Shown in pieces: positions 39,968 through 50,340 of a stretch of DNA of 64,000 nucleotides. Origin of the DNA: an uncultured Gemmatimonadales bacterium (GTDB lineage Bacteria; Gemmatimonadota; Gemmatimonadetes; Gemmatimonadales; GWC2-71-9). The DNA lies in NCBI GenBank assembly GCA_963695555.1, contig CAVOGR010000007.1, positions 96,001-160,000 on the forward strand, given 5' to 3'. The position numbers were made by a program, and so were the translations under genes. The number at the start of each line of letters is the position of its first letter. Position 1 is the stretch's first letter. The notes below the pieces were generated by a model that was not told the origin of the DNA, made no database searches, and saw only the letters and a list, made by a program, of their open reading frames with translations.

Positions 39968-40921
39968 ATGGACCACGTCACCGAAGAGACCCTCAGGAGC
40001 CTCCTGGAGAACCGGATGAGCCGGGTCGCCCAGGCACAGGTGCGTCATCACATCAGCACCTGCTTCCGCTGCGAGGAAAAGCTGCGGGAGTGGCGGGCAT
40101 CCATCGACGCACTGAGTGACCCTTCGGAGAAGGCCAGGACGCCCTACCCCAAGACCGAGGCCGCAGCGCCGACCATCCTGGTTCCAGCGCAGCCTGTCCT
40201 TCTATCGAAGCATTCGCGATGGGCCGTCCGAACGGTGTTGGCGGTCGTGGCGGTGATCGCCGTGGCCTTATTGGTCGAGACCATCAGGCAAGACCGCCAA
40301 CAAGAGGGTAGCGAAGGAGCCCAGGCAGGATCGCTCATCCAGCGAAGCCAGGCGGCTCTTCAAGCCGGTATGGACAGCACGCTCGCCGCCCGGGGCTCTG
40401 CCCTCCCGGTACCTCCGACCGACAGCGGCACATCGCAGGAGCCCATCGCTACGCCACCCGCCCCGGCCAAGCCGACCGATCTGGCTCGGCCGGACAGTTC
40501 GAAATCAGCCCCTTTGGCACCCGAAGTGGCTCGGGAGCCCACGGCACCGAGCGTCACCGGCCCTGGGTTCAGCCGATTGACGGTGAGCGAGGCCATTGAG
40601 CGCACCGGAGGGCCGGTGCTCTTGATTCGGGGCCTCCTGCCGGACCACCTCGAAGTTGCCCCGGCAAGGGCGGTCCCGGGCGCCCTGCCCGGAAGCGAGG
40701 TGCTCCGCGTGGTCTACCGGGAGCCGGGCGGCCGAATCCTGTTGTTGGACCAGCAGAAGATCCCCGAGGCCTACCGCTCCGGGCTTGCTGCCGACACCCT
40801 CATCGATTCCGAACCGGGCGGGTCGTCTCTCGCCATCTGGGTCAGCGGCGAGACCCGCGTCACCCTCTCGGGCCGGATAGACCCCGAAACCCTCATGGTC
40901 TTCGTGCGCCGGGTCGACTAG
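39968..40921 (+). CDS. Zinc-finger transmembrane anti-sigma-like paralogue 2
   Basis: 'MDHVTEETL..LLE...HHISTCFRC'; TM 'VLAVVAVIAVALLV'; C-terminal domain paralogous to copy 1. Confidence 0.78.
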   Translation: MDHVTEETLRSLLENRMSRVAQAQVRHHISTCFRCEEKLREWRASIDALSDPSEKARTPYPKTEAAAPTILVPAQPVLLSKHSRWAVRTVLAVVAVIAVALLVETIRQDRQQEGSEGAQAGSLIQRSQAALQAGMDSTLAARGSALPVPPTDSGTSQEPIATPPAPAKPTDLARPDSSKSAPLAPEVAREPTAPSVTGPGFSRLTVSEAIERTGGPVLLIRGLLPDHLEVAPARAVPGALPGSEVLRVVYREPGGRILLLDQQKIPEAYRSGLAADTLIDSEPGGSSLAIWVSGETRVTLSGRIDPETLMVFVRRVD

Positions 40922-40957
40922 CCGGGAGAAGAGGACCCGGTCCGATCGCCCGTCATT

Positions 40958-40988
40958 GGGGCCGTGAGCTAGATCACGGCCCCTTTTT
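40958..40988 (+). terminator. Intrinsic terminator between anti-sigma paralogues 2 and 3
   Basis: GGGGCCGTGA / TCACGGCCCC 10-bp stem followed by TTTTT. Confidence 0.85.
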
Positions 40989-41010
40989 CTTGCCAGCGAC
41001 ATCATAAGGT

Positions 41011-41913
41011 ATGAAGCACCCCCCCGACGACGCCCAGGCCCACCTCGACCACCTGGAACTGGCTGCGGCCGTCGCGGGAAGGCTGGATCAGGTTAGCACA
41101 CAGCGTCTGGTGCGGCATCTCCAGCAATGTGAAGCCTGTGCCACCGAGGCATACGCATGGGGTATCCACCTCGATGACGAGGGCAACTTGAAGACGAGCC
41201 AGCCGTCCTCGATGACGGGTCCTCATCGGATCCTCTTCCCCGTGGGTCATGCCGGCTACGACATGCCGACCCGGAGGCCGAAGCGCTCTCCGGCCGTGTG
41301 GTTGGCGGGGGTCTTGGTCATTACGGCGCTGGGGGCGGCGCTGTTGCTGCTGCCGCGGGCCGACGCGTCGGGGCCGTTGGTCGCCCACGATTCATCCGCG
41401 CCCGCCGCCCGGGGCTCCACGAGTCTGCTCGCCGGCATGTCGCCGCCCATCGTCGCGGACGTACCCTCTCTCTCCTCAGACCAAGAGTTCCCGGCGTCAG
41501 TGGCGCGAGCGATGGTGACGGCAGAGGTCGTGACCATGCCGCAGTTCCGGGTCATCACCCCGGAAGAGGCCAAGGCCAGGCTCGCCGGGTCACTCCGGAC
41601 CATTCCCGCCCTGACGCTGACGCGGGTCGAACTCGGGCCCGGCGCCGCCGTGCCGCTCGCGCTGCCCGACATCGAGGTGGTTCGCCTGGTCTATCAGTCT
41701 CCGGCTGGGGATCTGTTACTGCTCGATGAACAGCGGCTGCCGGTGAGCGCGGACCTTGGCGACGTGGGCATCGCGCCGGGCGACACGCTCATCTACAGCG
41801 ACACGCGAGGCATCACCGTCGCAACCTGGCTTGCAAGCCGCACACTCAGACTGTCGCTCGCGGGGCAAATGGATCATGAGGCCATCCGCCAAGTCATGAC
41901 CGGCATCCGGTAG
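41011..41913 (+). CDS. Zinc-finger transmembrane anti-sigma-like paralogue 3
   Basis: 'HLDHLELAAAVAGRL...RHLQQCEAC'; TM 'VWLAGVLVITALGAALLLL'; same C-terminal domain. Confidence 0.78.
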   Translation: MKHPPDDAQAHLDHLELAAAVAGRLDQVSTQRLVRHLQQCEACATEAYAWGIHLDDEGNLKTSQPSSMTGPHRILFPVGHAGYDMPTRRPKRSPAVWLAGVLVITALGAALLLLPRADASGPLVAHDSSAPAARGSTSLLAGMSPPIVADVPSLSSDQEFPASVARAMVTAEVVTMPQFRVITPEEAKARLAGSLRTIPALTLTRVELGPGAAVPLALPDIEVVRLVYQSPAGDLLLLDEQRLPVSADLGDVGIAPGDTLIYSDTRGITVATWLASRTLRLSLAGQMDHEAIRQVMTGIR

Positions 41914-41931
41914 CCCACACTCGCTCCACCC

Positions 41932-42468
41932 TCAGCCTTCGGGCTTTCGATCATGAGGGATGGTGGTAATGCCCATCCCGACCACGAAGAACCCGTACCC
42001 GGGGTCGGCTCCCGCAATGAAGCGGCGTTCGACATCGAATCGGAGCCCGATCGACGGTGCGATCTGGATGATCGTTCCCGCACCCGCATAGACATTGAAG
42101 GCACCGCCCCCGCCACCCTCAGCGACCGCGGCAAGCACCGACGCGCCTCCGCGGGCGAATACGGTCGCCCGAGACAGCCGGGCGGGAACGACCATTCCCA
42201 CGTCGGTCAAGAACACCAGAGCCCCATCGCTGAAGCCCGCGGGAAAGACCGAGAACGCGAAGTCCGCCCCGATGCCTTCCTTCGCGAGCTTGGTGGCTCG
42301 TAGGGTAAGGGTTGATGTAGCGAACTCGTTGTACCAGCCGACCCGCTGAACCGAGCCGCCAATGGCCCAACCGGCCGGCATCCGCGTGGGGGAGGGTCCC
42401 TGGGCCTCGAGCGCGCCCGTGAGGACCCATGCAAGGAACAGGGTCAGCGAGAATAGGGCCTGCCGCAT
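41932..42468 (-). CDS. Small outer-membrane beta-barrel-like protein
   Basis: ATG 42468; signal peptide; amphipathic strands 'VFARGGASV', 'FNVYAGAGT', 'IGLRFDVERR'. Confidence 0.65.
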   Translation of the reverse strand: MRQALFSLTLFLAWVLTGALEAQGPSPTRMPAGWAIGGSVQRVGWYNEFATSTLTLRATKLAKEGIGADFAFSVFPAGFSDGALVFLTDVGMVVPARLSRATVFARGGASVLAAVAEGGGGGAFNVYAGAGTIIQIAPSIGLRFDVERRFIAGADPGYGFFVVGMGITTIPHDRKPEG

Positions 42469-42508
42469 GGGCTCGTCCCGTGTGAGGGTCACCGACACGT
42501 TGCACCGG

Positions 42509-42529
42509 GCCCGTGACCTGCCCGTGACC
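42509..42529. promoter_or_regulatory. 11-bp-phased direct repeat (GCCCGTGACC x2), candidate SARP-family operator
   Basis: Identical 10-mers at 42509 and 42520 in the 100-bp divergent spacer between the OMP gene and the SARP/BTAD regulator. Confidence 0.55.
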
Positions 42530-42568
42530 CGCCTATCTTTCAGATATGCTCGGCCATCCGACCCATCC

Positions 42569-45310
42569 ATGATCCGCCTCAAGACTCTTGGGTCCCTGGA
42601 GCTTCTGGGCGCCGGGACGGCCGATTGTGAGGCCGTCCTGCGTCAGCCCAAACGGCTGGCTCTCCTGACCTACCTGGCCTGCGCCGCGCCGCGACGATTT
42701 CATCGGCGCGATTCCCTGCTGGCTCTTTTTTGGCCGGACCTGGATACCTCGCACGCCCGCGGCGCGCTGCGCCGGGCGCTGTATTTCCTGAGAAGTGCCC
42801 TTGGGGATGACGTCCTGGTCGGACGGGGCGAGGAGGAAATCGGCGTCGATGAAGACCTGCTCTGGTCGGACGTCCGGGCCTTCGAGCGCGCATTGGCTGA
42901 CGGCCGGCGCGACGAAGCGCTCGGGCTCTATCAGGGCGATCTGCTCGAGGGGTTCTTCATTAGTTCGGCACCGGACTTCGAGCGGTGGCTCGACACCGAG
43001 CGCTCCGCACTCAGGACCGCAGCGGCGCGAGCGGCGTGGTCGATCGCCGAAGAAATGGAAACGACAGACCCTCGGAAGTCGCTCCAGTGGGCCAAACGCG
43101 GAGCCGATCTCACTCCACATGAGGAAGAACCGCTTCGCCGCCTGATGGAATTACTCGACCGCCAGGGCGACCGGGCAGCCGCGCTGTCGTCCTTCACCGC
43201 ATTCGAGCGGCGGCTGGCCGAGGAGTTCGAGCTCACGCCGTCGCAGGAGACCGTAACGCTGGCCGAAAGAATTCGGGCACAGGGCGCTGCACCTGTAGTC
43301 GTGCCGGGCGAGACAGTCCCAATCGCGCCGTCACCGGACCTCGTTGCGGTCCTGCCATTCACCGTATCGGCCCCGGACAAATACGCCTACCTGGCCGAGG
43401 GCATGGTCGACCTGCTGAGTACCAAGCTGGATGGCACCCGCGCGCTGCGCGTGCTGGACCCGCGAGCACTCCTCGGCTGGCTGGCTCAACACGGACAGCA
43501 GGCCGACACTCCGACCGTGACCAGTGACGTGGTGGCGCGCTTCGATGCGGCGCACGTGTTGACGGGCAGCGTGGTAGTAGGAGGCGATCGCGTTCAGCTC
43601 TCGGCCACGCTGTACGATCGGCGTGGCACGGTCGAGCTGGTGGCGGAGGCCGCGGGTGAGGCCGAGAATGAACTGTTCGATTTGGTCGACGAGATCGCGC
43701 GTCAGCTGTTGGCCTCCCGGAGTGTCGGGCCGGCCGGCCGGGTGGCCCGACTCGCGGCGCACACGACCCGGTCACTGCCGGCCCTCAAGCATTACCTGGA
43801 AGGCGAGCATTCATTCCGAGGGGGAGAGTACTTCCAGGCGATCGCGGCGTATCAACAGGCCGCGGCCACCGATCCGGATTTCGCTCTGGCGCACTACCGG
43901 TTAGCAGCGGCGCTCGCCGCGTGTGCCATGCCCGAGGGCGCGCGCCTCGAGGCAAATCAGGCACAGACACATCGCTCACGCCTCGCGCCTCACGATCGCT
44001 TGTGGTTGGATGCCCAGCTCGCCTGGCTCGAGGGTCGCTCAACCGAGGCCGAGCGATTGTACTCGGACATTGTCGCTCTCTACCCCGATAACGTCGAGGC
44101 CTGGTATCTCCTGGGCGACCTGTTGGTCCATCACAATCCATATCGGGGGCGGTCCATCACCGAGGCGCGGGTGCCCTTGGAACGGGCCATTGCCCTCGAC
44201 CCGGATCACATGAGCGCCATGGGGCACCTCGCACGGATCGCGGCGCTCGAAGGCCGCTCGGACGATGTCGCCGATCTGGTGGACCGGATCTTCGTCACGA
44301 ACCCAGCCGGCGACCAGGGGCTCCCGATGCGCGCCCTCAGGGCATTTACCCTGTTTGACGCTCACGAGGAATCGAACGTACTCGACGGATTGAAGAATGC
44401 CCGTGCCCTGACGATCGGGATCGCGTTCTCGGACGTGGCGCTGTACTCGGGCAACCTGGCAGGGACCGACCGCTTCGCGCGACAGTTCCTCGCGGTGGCC
44501 CGATCGCCGGAGCTTCAGGCGCTGTGTCACATCATCCTGGCCCACATGGAGGCCATGCGTGGCCGGCACGTCCTCGCGCTCGAGGCCCTCGACGAGGCAC
44601 AAGAACTCGACCGCGCCTGGGCTCTCGAGATGCGGGGATTGTTCGCCGCCTGGCCGTTCTTCGTCATGGAACCCGGCCAGGTGGCCCGGATCCGTGACGA
44701 GCTAGGCGAGTGGGATGCCGCGGCGACCCCACCGAGCCCACAGCTGCCGTTACGCGTCCACAACGACCTGCACCCTCGTCTCCGTTTCTACCTGCTCGGA
44801 CTTCTCAATGCCCGACTTGGTCATTTCGATCGGGCGAGTAAGTGCGCGGCTGCCCTCGAGTCGGCGGCTCTGGCCGGAGCAGTCGGCGCGTTTCCGGCAT
44901 CGCTCGGTGCCGGGGTCAGGGCCCGGATCGCCTGGGAAGAGGGAGACCACGCGAACGCCCTCCAGGCGCTCGAGGCCGATCGCCCGGCGCTCTGGTTTCA
45001 GCAGGCGGTGAGCTCTCCCTTTTTCGGCCGGATTCTCGAACGCTTCATGCGGGCCGAGCTGCTTTGGAGCCTGGGACGACACGCGGAATCGGCGTCGTGG
45101 TATCGGAGTCTGGTCCAACGCTCGCCGTTTGAGCTACCGTACCGCCCCATGGTCGAGGCCCGTCTGTACGAGCTAGCTCTGGAAGACGGCAACGCCGCGG
45201 CGGCACGCACCCACGAGATCCGCGTGCGTGCCATGTTGGAGGATGCGGACGCTCGACTCCTCGATACCATGGCGAGGTATGCGCCAACGCTGTTCGCTGG
45301 AGGGAAATGA
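42569..45310 (+). CDS. SARP-type (wHTH + BTAD) regulator with TolB_N-like and TPR domains
   Basis: 'IRLKTLGSLEL', 'QPKRLALLTYLA', 'RRDSLLALFWPD...ARGALRRALY.LR', 'LYQGDLLEGF...FERWL..ER', 'VAVLPF', TPRs. Confidence 0.9.
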   Translation: MIRLKTLGSLELLGAGTADCEAVLRQPKRLALLTYLACAAPRRFHRRDSLLALFWPDLDTSHARGALRRALYFLRSALGDDVLVGRGEEEIGVDEDLLWSDVRAFERALADGRRDEALGLYQGDLLEGFFISSAPDFERWLDTERSALRTAAARAAWSIAEEMETTDPRKSLQWAKRGADLTPHEEEPLRRLMELLDRQGDRAAALSSFTAFERRLAEEFELTPSQETVTLAERIRAQGAAPVVVPGETVPIAPSPDLVAVLPFTVSAPDKYAYLAEGMVDLLSTKLDGTRALRVLDPRALLGWLAQHGQQADTPTVTSDVVARFDAAHVLTGSVVVGGDRVQLSATLYDRRGTVELVAEAAGEAENELFDLVDEIARQLLASRSVGPAGRVARLAAHTTRSLPALKHYLEGEHSFRGGEYFQAIAAYQQAAATDPDFALAHYRLAAALAACAMPEGARLEANQAQTHRSRLAPHDRLWLDAQLAWLEGRSTEAERLYSDIVALYPDNVEAWYLLGDLLVHHNPYRGRSITEARVPLERAIALDPDHMSAMGHLARIAALEGRSDDVADLVDRIFVTNPAGDQGLPMRALRAFTLFDAHEESNVLDGLKNARALTIGIAFSDVALYSGNLAGTDRFARQFLAVARSPELQALCHIILAHMEAMRGRHVLALEALDEAQELDRAWALEMRGLFAAWPFFVMEPGQVARIRDELGEWDAAATPPSPQLPLRVHNDLHPRLRFYLLGLLNARLGHFDRASKCAAALESAALAGAVGAFPASLGAGVRARIAWEEGDHANALQALEADRPALWFQQAVSSPFFGRILERFMRAELLWSLGRHAESASWYRSLVQRSPFELPYRPMVEARLYELALEDGNAAAARTHEIRVRAMLEDADARLLDTMARYAPTLFAGGK

Positions 45311-45345
45311 ACCACCCTACCTGAGCCACACGGGCGGGCGGGGTG

Positions 45346-46581
45346 TTACGCGGAGAGCGTCGGTCCGGACTCCGAGCGGTCACCGCCGTTGCCCGCACCG
45401 TAGCCCTGTTCCTCATCGTGGGCCAGCATGAGCCCTTCCGGCCCTATGAGCACCACCTGCCGTTCCATCCGTCGCATGAAGCTGACAAACGTGCTGGCAA
45501 CGCCGGGGTCAAAAATGGTGCCGGCTCCCTGTTCGATGTACCGGAGCGCTTCGGCTGGTTCCCAGGCGGGACGATAGCTCCGCGGCGTCCGGAGCGCGTC
45601 ATACGCATCGCACACCGAGATCACCTTGCTCACGTAGTGGAAGTCACGGGTGTAGTGCAGATCGGGATACCCGTGGCCATCCGGCCGGCCGTGGTGCTCG
45701 TAGGCCGCGATGGCAGCCAGCTCGAACTCGGACTCGCGCCGAAGCAAGAGCCGCGCTCCTTCCTCGGGATGCCGTTGGACCAGCTTCCGATCCGCTTTCG
45801 AGAGGGTGTGTTTCTGCAGCAGTTTTTGGGGCACGCGGCTCATGCCGATGTCATGCAGCAGTCCGGCGGTCCCGAAGGCGCGGATATCCTTTGATCCCAT
45901 GCCAAGCGATTCCGCCAGCGTCATCGCCAGGACGGCTACGTTGATGGCGTGCATGGTGGAGTAGTCGTCGTGTGACTGGAGGTCGAGGAGCGGGATCAAC
46001 ACCTCGCCTTCCGCCCGCATTGCGACGGCCAGCGATCGGATCACGGCCTCCACTTCGTCAAGCGGGACCATCTCCTTGAGTGCAGCTCGCTGGTACAGCC
46101 ACCGCACGGTTTCGGTCTCTTCGCCGAGGCGATACGGAATCGTGGCGGTCCGGAGGAACTCATCGGACAGCTCGAGGTCTCCGTCTCCGGTCACGCGGAG
46201 CATGCCGGAGGTGATGCCGGGTCGAGCCGGTAACTTCTCGGCGGGGGCCGTCGTGCCCAAGCGCAAGAAGACGTCGTCCAGGAATTGGCCGTACGCTTCG
46301 CGCGCTACCTCGGCTGCAAACTCCATGCGTTGGGCCCCGAGCGCGCCGAGCCGTTCGGCCCACGGCCATTGATGCATGTCGTGCAGGGTGCGCTGGCCAT
46401 AAATGACCGAGCCGTCGATGAAAGAAAACGTCGCGGGCGATTCCTCGTCGAGGAGTTCGCGGAGTTTCTCGAATGATCGATCGACGACCCGGGCGCGCGC
46501 TGGGTGGCCCTCGCCGTAGAGCTGCATGGCGGACAAAACGTGGGCCATGGAGTGCAGGAAGAGGACGGGGCGTTCACTCAT
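45346..46581 (-). CDS. HD-GYP domain phosphodiesterase
   Basis: 'HDDYSTMHAINV', 'GLLHDIG', 'HPEEG', 'EHHGRPDGHGYP', 'DAYDALRT.RSYR'. Confidence 0.92.
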   Translation of the reverse strand: MSERPVLFLHSMAHVLSAMQLYGEGHPARARVVDRSFEKLRELLDEESPATFSFIDGSVIYGQRTLHDMHQWPWAERLGALGAQRMEFAAEVAREAYGQFLDDVFLRLGTTAPAEKLPARPGITSGMLRVTGDGDLELSDEFLRTATIPYRLGEETETVRWLYQRAALKEMVPLDEVEAVIRSLAVAMRAEGEVLIPLLDLQSHDDYSTMHAINVAVLAMTLAESLGMGSKDIRAFGTAGLLHDIGMSRVPQKLLQKHTLSKADRKLVQRHPEEGARLLLRRESEFELAAIAAYEHHGRPDGHGYPDLHYTRDFHYVSKVISVCDAYDALRTPRSYRPAWEPAEALRYIEQGAGTIFDPGVASTFVSFMRRMERQVVLIGPEGLMLAHDEEQGYGAGNGGDRSESGPTLSA

Positions 46582-46583
46582 GG

Positions 46584-48773
46584 CTAGACGATCACCTTGA
46601 GCCGCGGGTCGTCGGTTACCTGCCGGAGCTGGAGGTGCGCGCCTGCTGCGTCCCGCACCTGCTTGTCACGATGCCGTTCGGCGCGGCGCAACAGCGGCAG
46701 CGCCTTCGGATTCCAGCGCCAGTGAATGGTCAACGCCGTGATGGCGGCCAGCATTGTCGGAGACTTGGGCGCGATGCGCCGGAACCAATACCAGCGCCGC
46801 GGGCCCATGGCCGTGTCGATCAGGCATTCGAGCACCGACGGATCGTCCGACGGGGCGATGGCTCGCACGGCCAGCGGCACGAGATCTTCCGGCAGGTCGT
46901 CTGTCCGCATCCGATCCACGATCGCTTGCACGGCCTCGGGCGGGCACCCTTCGCCCGCGGCGACCAATCCCAGACGGACGGTGGGCGGATCCGGTGCGCC
47001 GACCGCTTCCCGGATGGCGCGGCCGCGGTTCGCGGGGTCCTGCAGCAGCAGCTTGAACCCTTCATGCCGAACCCGAGCATCGGAGTGGGCCAGGCATGCC
47101 GCTGGCGAGAATTCCGGAGGCAACTCCGGCAGCATCGACAAGAGTCGGATGAGATTGCGCTGCACGTACCAGGGCGCGCCGCCGATTCGCTCTACGGCTT
47201 CCGGGCCGATCTCCGACCCAAACCGCGCCAGGTATTCGAGCAGCTTGGCCCGAACCTTTCGATCCTGGGAAGTCGCCAGGGCGTCGAACATCACGCCGGC
47301 CGCGTCCGGCCCGCACGCCGGCACAATGCGGCCCAACGTTTCGGTATCGACCGACGGCGCGCTGAGGAGCACGCCGACCGTATAGGAATGCACCACGCGG
47401 GCCCGTAGCTCATGGACGACCGCATCGCCCTCCGGAGCCTGATCAATCACATCCAGCAATTCACCGACCCGCCCGGTGGCGATCAGATAGTCGGCCGCAC
47501 GCAGGGTGCCGGCCTCCATCACATCACCTTCCAGGCTCATCTGCACGATGCGCGCGGGCTCCGGCGCGTAGGCAGACACCTCGTCGAGTTCATCGGGGGT
47601 GAGCCGCGGGAGGCGGGCCAGGGTGCGTTCGTAGACGGCGGGCAGGGTGCCCTGGGCGTCCTGCTTGTCCCAGCGCTCGAGGAGCTGACGGATCATCTCC
47701 CGCAACGAATCGTCGGCCGCCTGACGCCGCGGACCGCCGTCATCCTCTGCGTGCGTGGCCAGCTTCTGCAGCAGCTGGAGCAGCGCCGGTGACAGGCTGC
47801 GATTCGAAGCGTTCGCCGCGGCTTCCACGAGCCGGATCACCACCTTCGCCGCCATCACGTGGGAGCTTTCGAGCAGGAAGCGACGCTGCGTCCTTCCATT
47901 GTCGCGCATGGCCAGCAACCGCTTGAGCGCATCCTCCGAGAGCTGACCGATCAACTTGGCCAGGTGCTTCTGTACGGCCACGGACTCGCCCCGACCGCGA
48001 TCGCGGCACGCCTCGGTAGACTCGGTCAATGCGCCGAGGACTCGGGTGACGTAATCCGGGTTTTCACAGTGTTCTTCAATCGCCGCGGCAAGGGCCTCTG
48101 CGTCCAGCGCCGACCCCTCGTCGTCGGTCAGCTCGTCCGACACGGCGGCCCGGGCCAGCCCAAGCCAGATGAATTTCGACCATGCCTCCGCCGCCGATGC
48201 GTCCTGCTCGTCGTCGTCCGAGTCGTCGAAGAGGATGAGATGATCGTAGGAAGGCGGATAGACCCGAATGTGCGGCCAGTGCGAGCGTGGCTTCGGCTCG
48301 ACCGGTTGCTCCGAGCCGTCACCGGAGGACCGAAGCAGCGTGGCGAAGAGTTCCGTCAACTCCGTTCGCTTGACACCGCGCAGCAGCTTGACGCCGCCGA
48401 CGTCGCGGCGGTGCAAGTGATCGGCGAGGTCGCGCAGCAGGACGTGTTTCGGGTCGGTTGGAATTCCCGCCACCAGCAGCTGGCCCGGGGCGACCCCAAC
48501 CGCCACCGCGCCACGGTCGAGGAACACCATTTCCAATTTCTTGGCGAGATTGTGGATGGCCGTTTCAAGCGCCGGGTGCCCATCCGGATACATCGAGAAG
48601 CGCTGGAAGGCGCCGGAGAAGGCCACGACGAACTCCGCCAGCTCTCGCGAGAGCACCAACTTGTCGCTGCTCCCGCTTCGAGTCAGCGCATCCGTCATCT
48701 CGACTGGATCGCCGAGCTCGGCGTCATAGCGTAGCTCCGAGCGCCGGTGTTCGAGCGGTTGTTGCATCACCAC
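46584..48773 (-). CDS. HEAT-repeat protein with N-terminal 'YxxGHP' domain
   Basis: 'DRKVRAK', 'PWYVQRNLIRLL', 'HSDARVRHE', 'HRDKQVR' HEAT-like repeats; 2 bp from the HD-GYP gene. Start uncertain. Confidence 0.78.
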   Translation of the reverse strand: MVMQQPLEHRRSELRYDAELGDPVEMTDALTRSGSSDKLVLSRELAEFVVAFSGAFQRFSMYPDGHPALETAIHNLAKKLEMVFLDRGAVAVGVAPGQLLVAGIPTDPKHVLLRDLADHLHRRDVGGVKLLRGVKRTELTELFATLLRSSGDGSEQPVEPKPRSHWPHIRVYPPSYDHLILFDDSDDDEQDASAAEAWSKFIWLGLARAAVSDELTDDEGSALDAEALAAAIEEHCENPDYVTRVLGALTESTEACRDRGRGESVAVQKHLAKLIGQLSEDALKRLLAMRDNGRTQRRFLLESSHVMAAKVVIRLVEAAANASNRSLSPALLQLLQKLATHAEDDGGPRRQAADDSLREMIRQLLERWDKQDAQGTLPAVYERTLARLPRLTPDELDEVSAYAPEPARIVQMSLEGDVMEAGTLRAADYLIATGRVGELLDVIDQAPEGDAVVHELRARVVHSYTVGVLLSAPSVDTETLGRIVPACGPDAAGVMFDALATSQDRKVRAKLLEYLARFGSEIGPEAVERIGGAPWYVQRNLIRLLSMLPELPPEFSPAACLAHSDARVRHEGFKLLLQDPANRGRAIREAVGAPDPPTVRLGLVAAGEGCPPEAVQAIVDRMRTDDLPEDLVPLAVRAIAPSDDPSVLECLIDTAMGPRRWYWFRRIAPKSPTMLAAITALTIHWRWNPKALPLLRRAERHRDKQVRDAAGAHLQLRQVTDDPRLKVIV

Positions 48774-49069
48774 AACACCCTCACGAACTCCGGCATTTGC
48801 TGGGCGGTGACCATCACGAACTTCCCCCCTAGTTTAGCGGCAAAGCCCACCGAGAGCGAGGTTTGGCAATGCAAGGCTTCGCACCCTGGGCCTCGCAGCG
48901 CCCCTTGACCCACTCGAGCTGCCTTACCCGCTTGGAAGAGCATGAGTTATGCCGTAGAGCGGCCGCGGGATGACCGCTGTGGATTCGGGCAAGATTCGGC
49001 GGCGGGAGGGGCTATATTCCGTCGTTTGTCAGCGGCTATACCCTCGCATCCTTACCTGTGAGCCAACGC

Positions 49070-50327
<1,258 letters not shown>

Positions 50328-50340
50328 CGTCCGATCCGCC

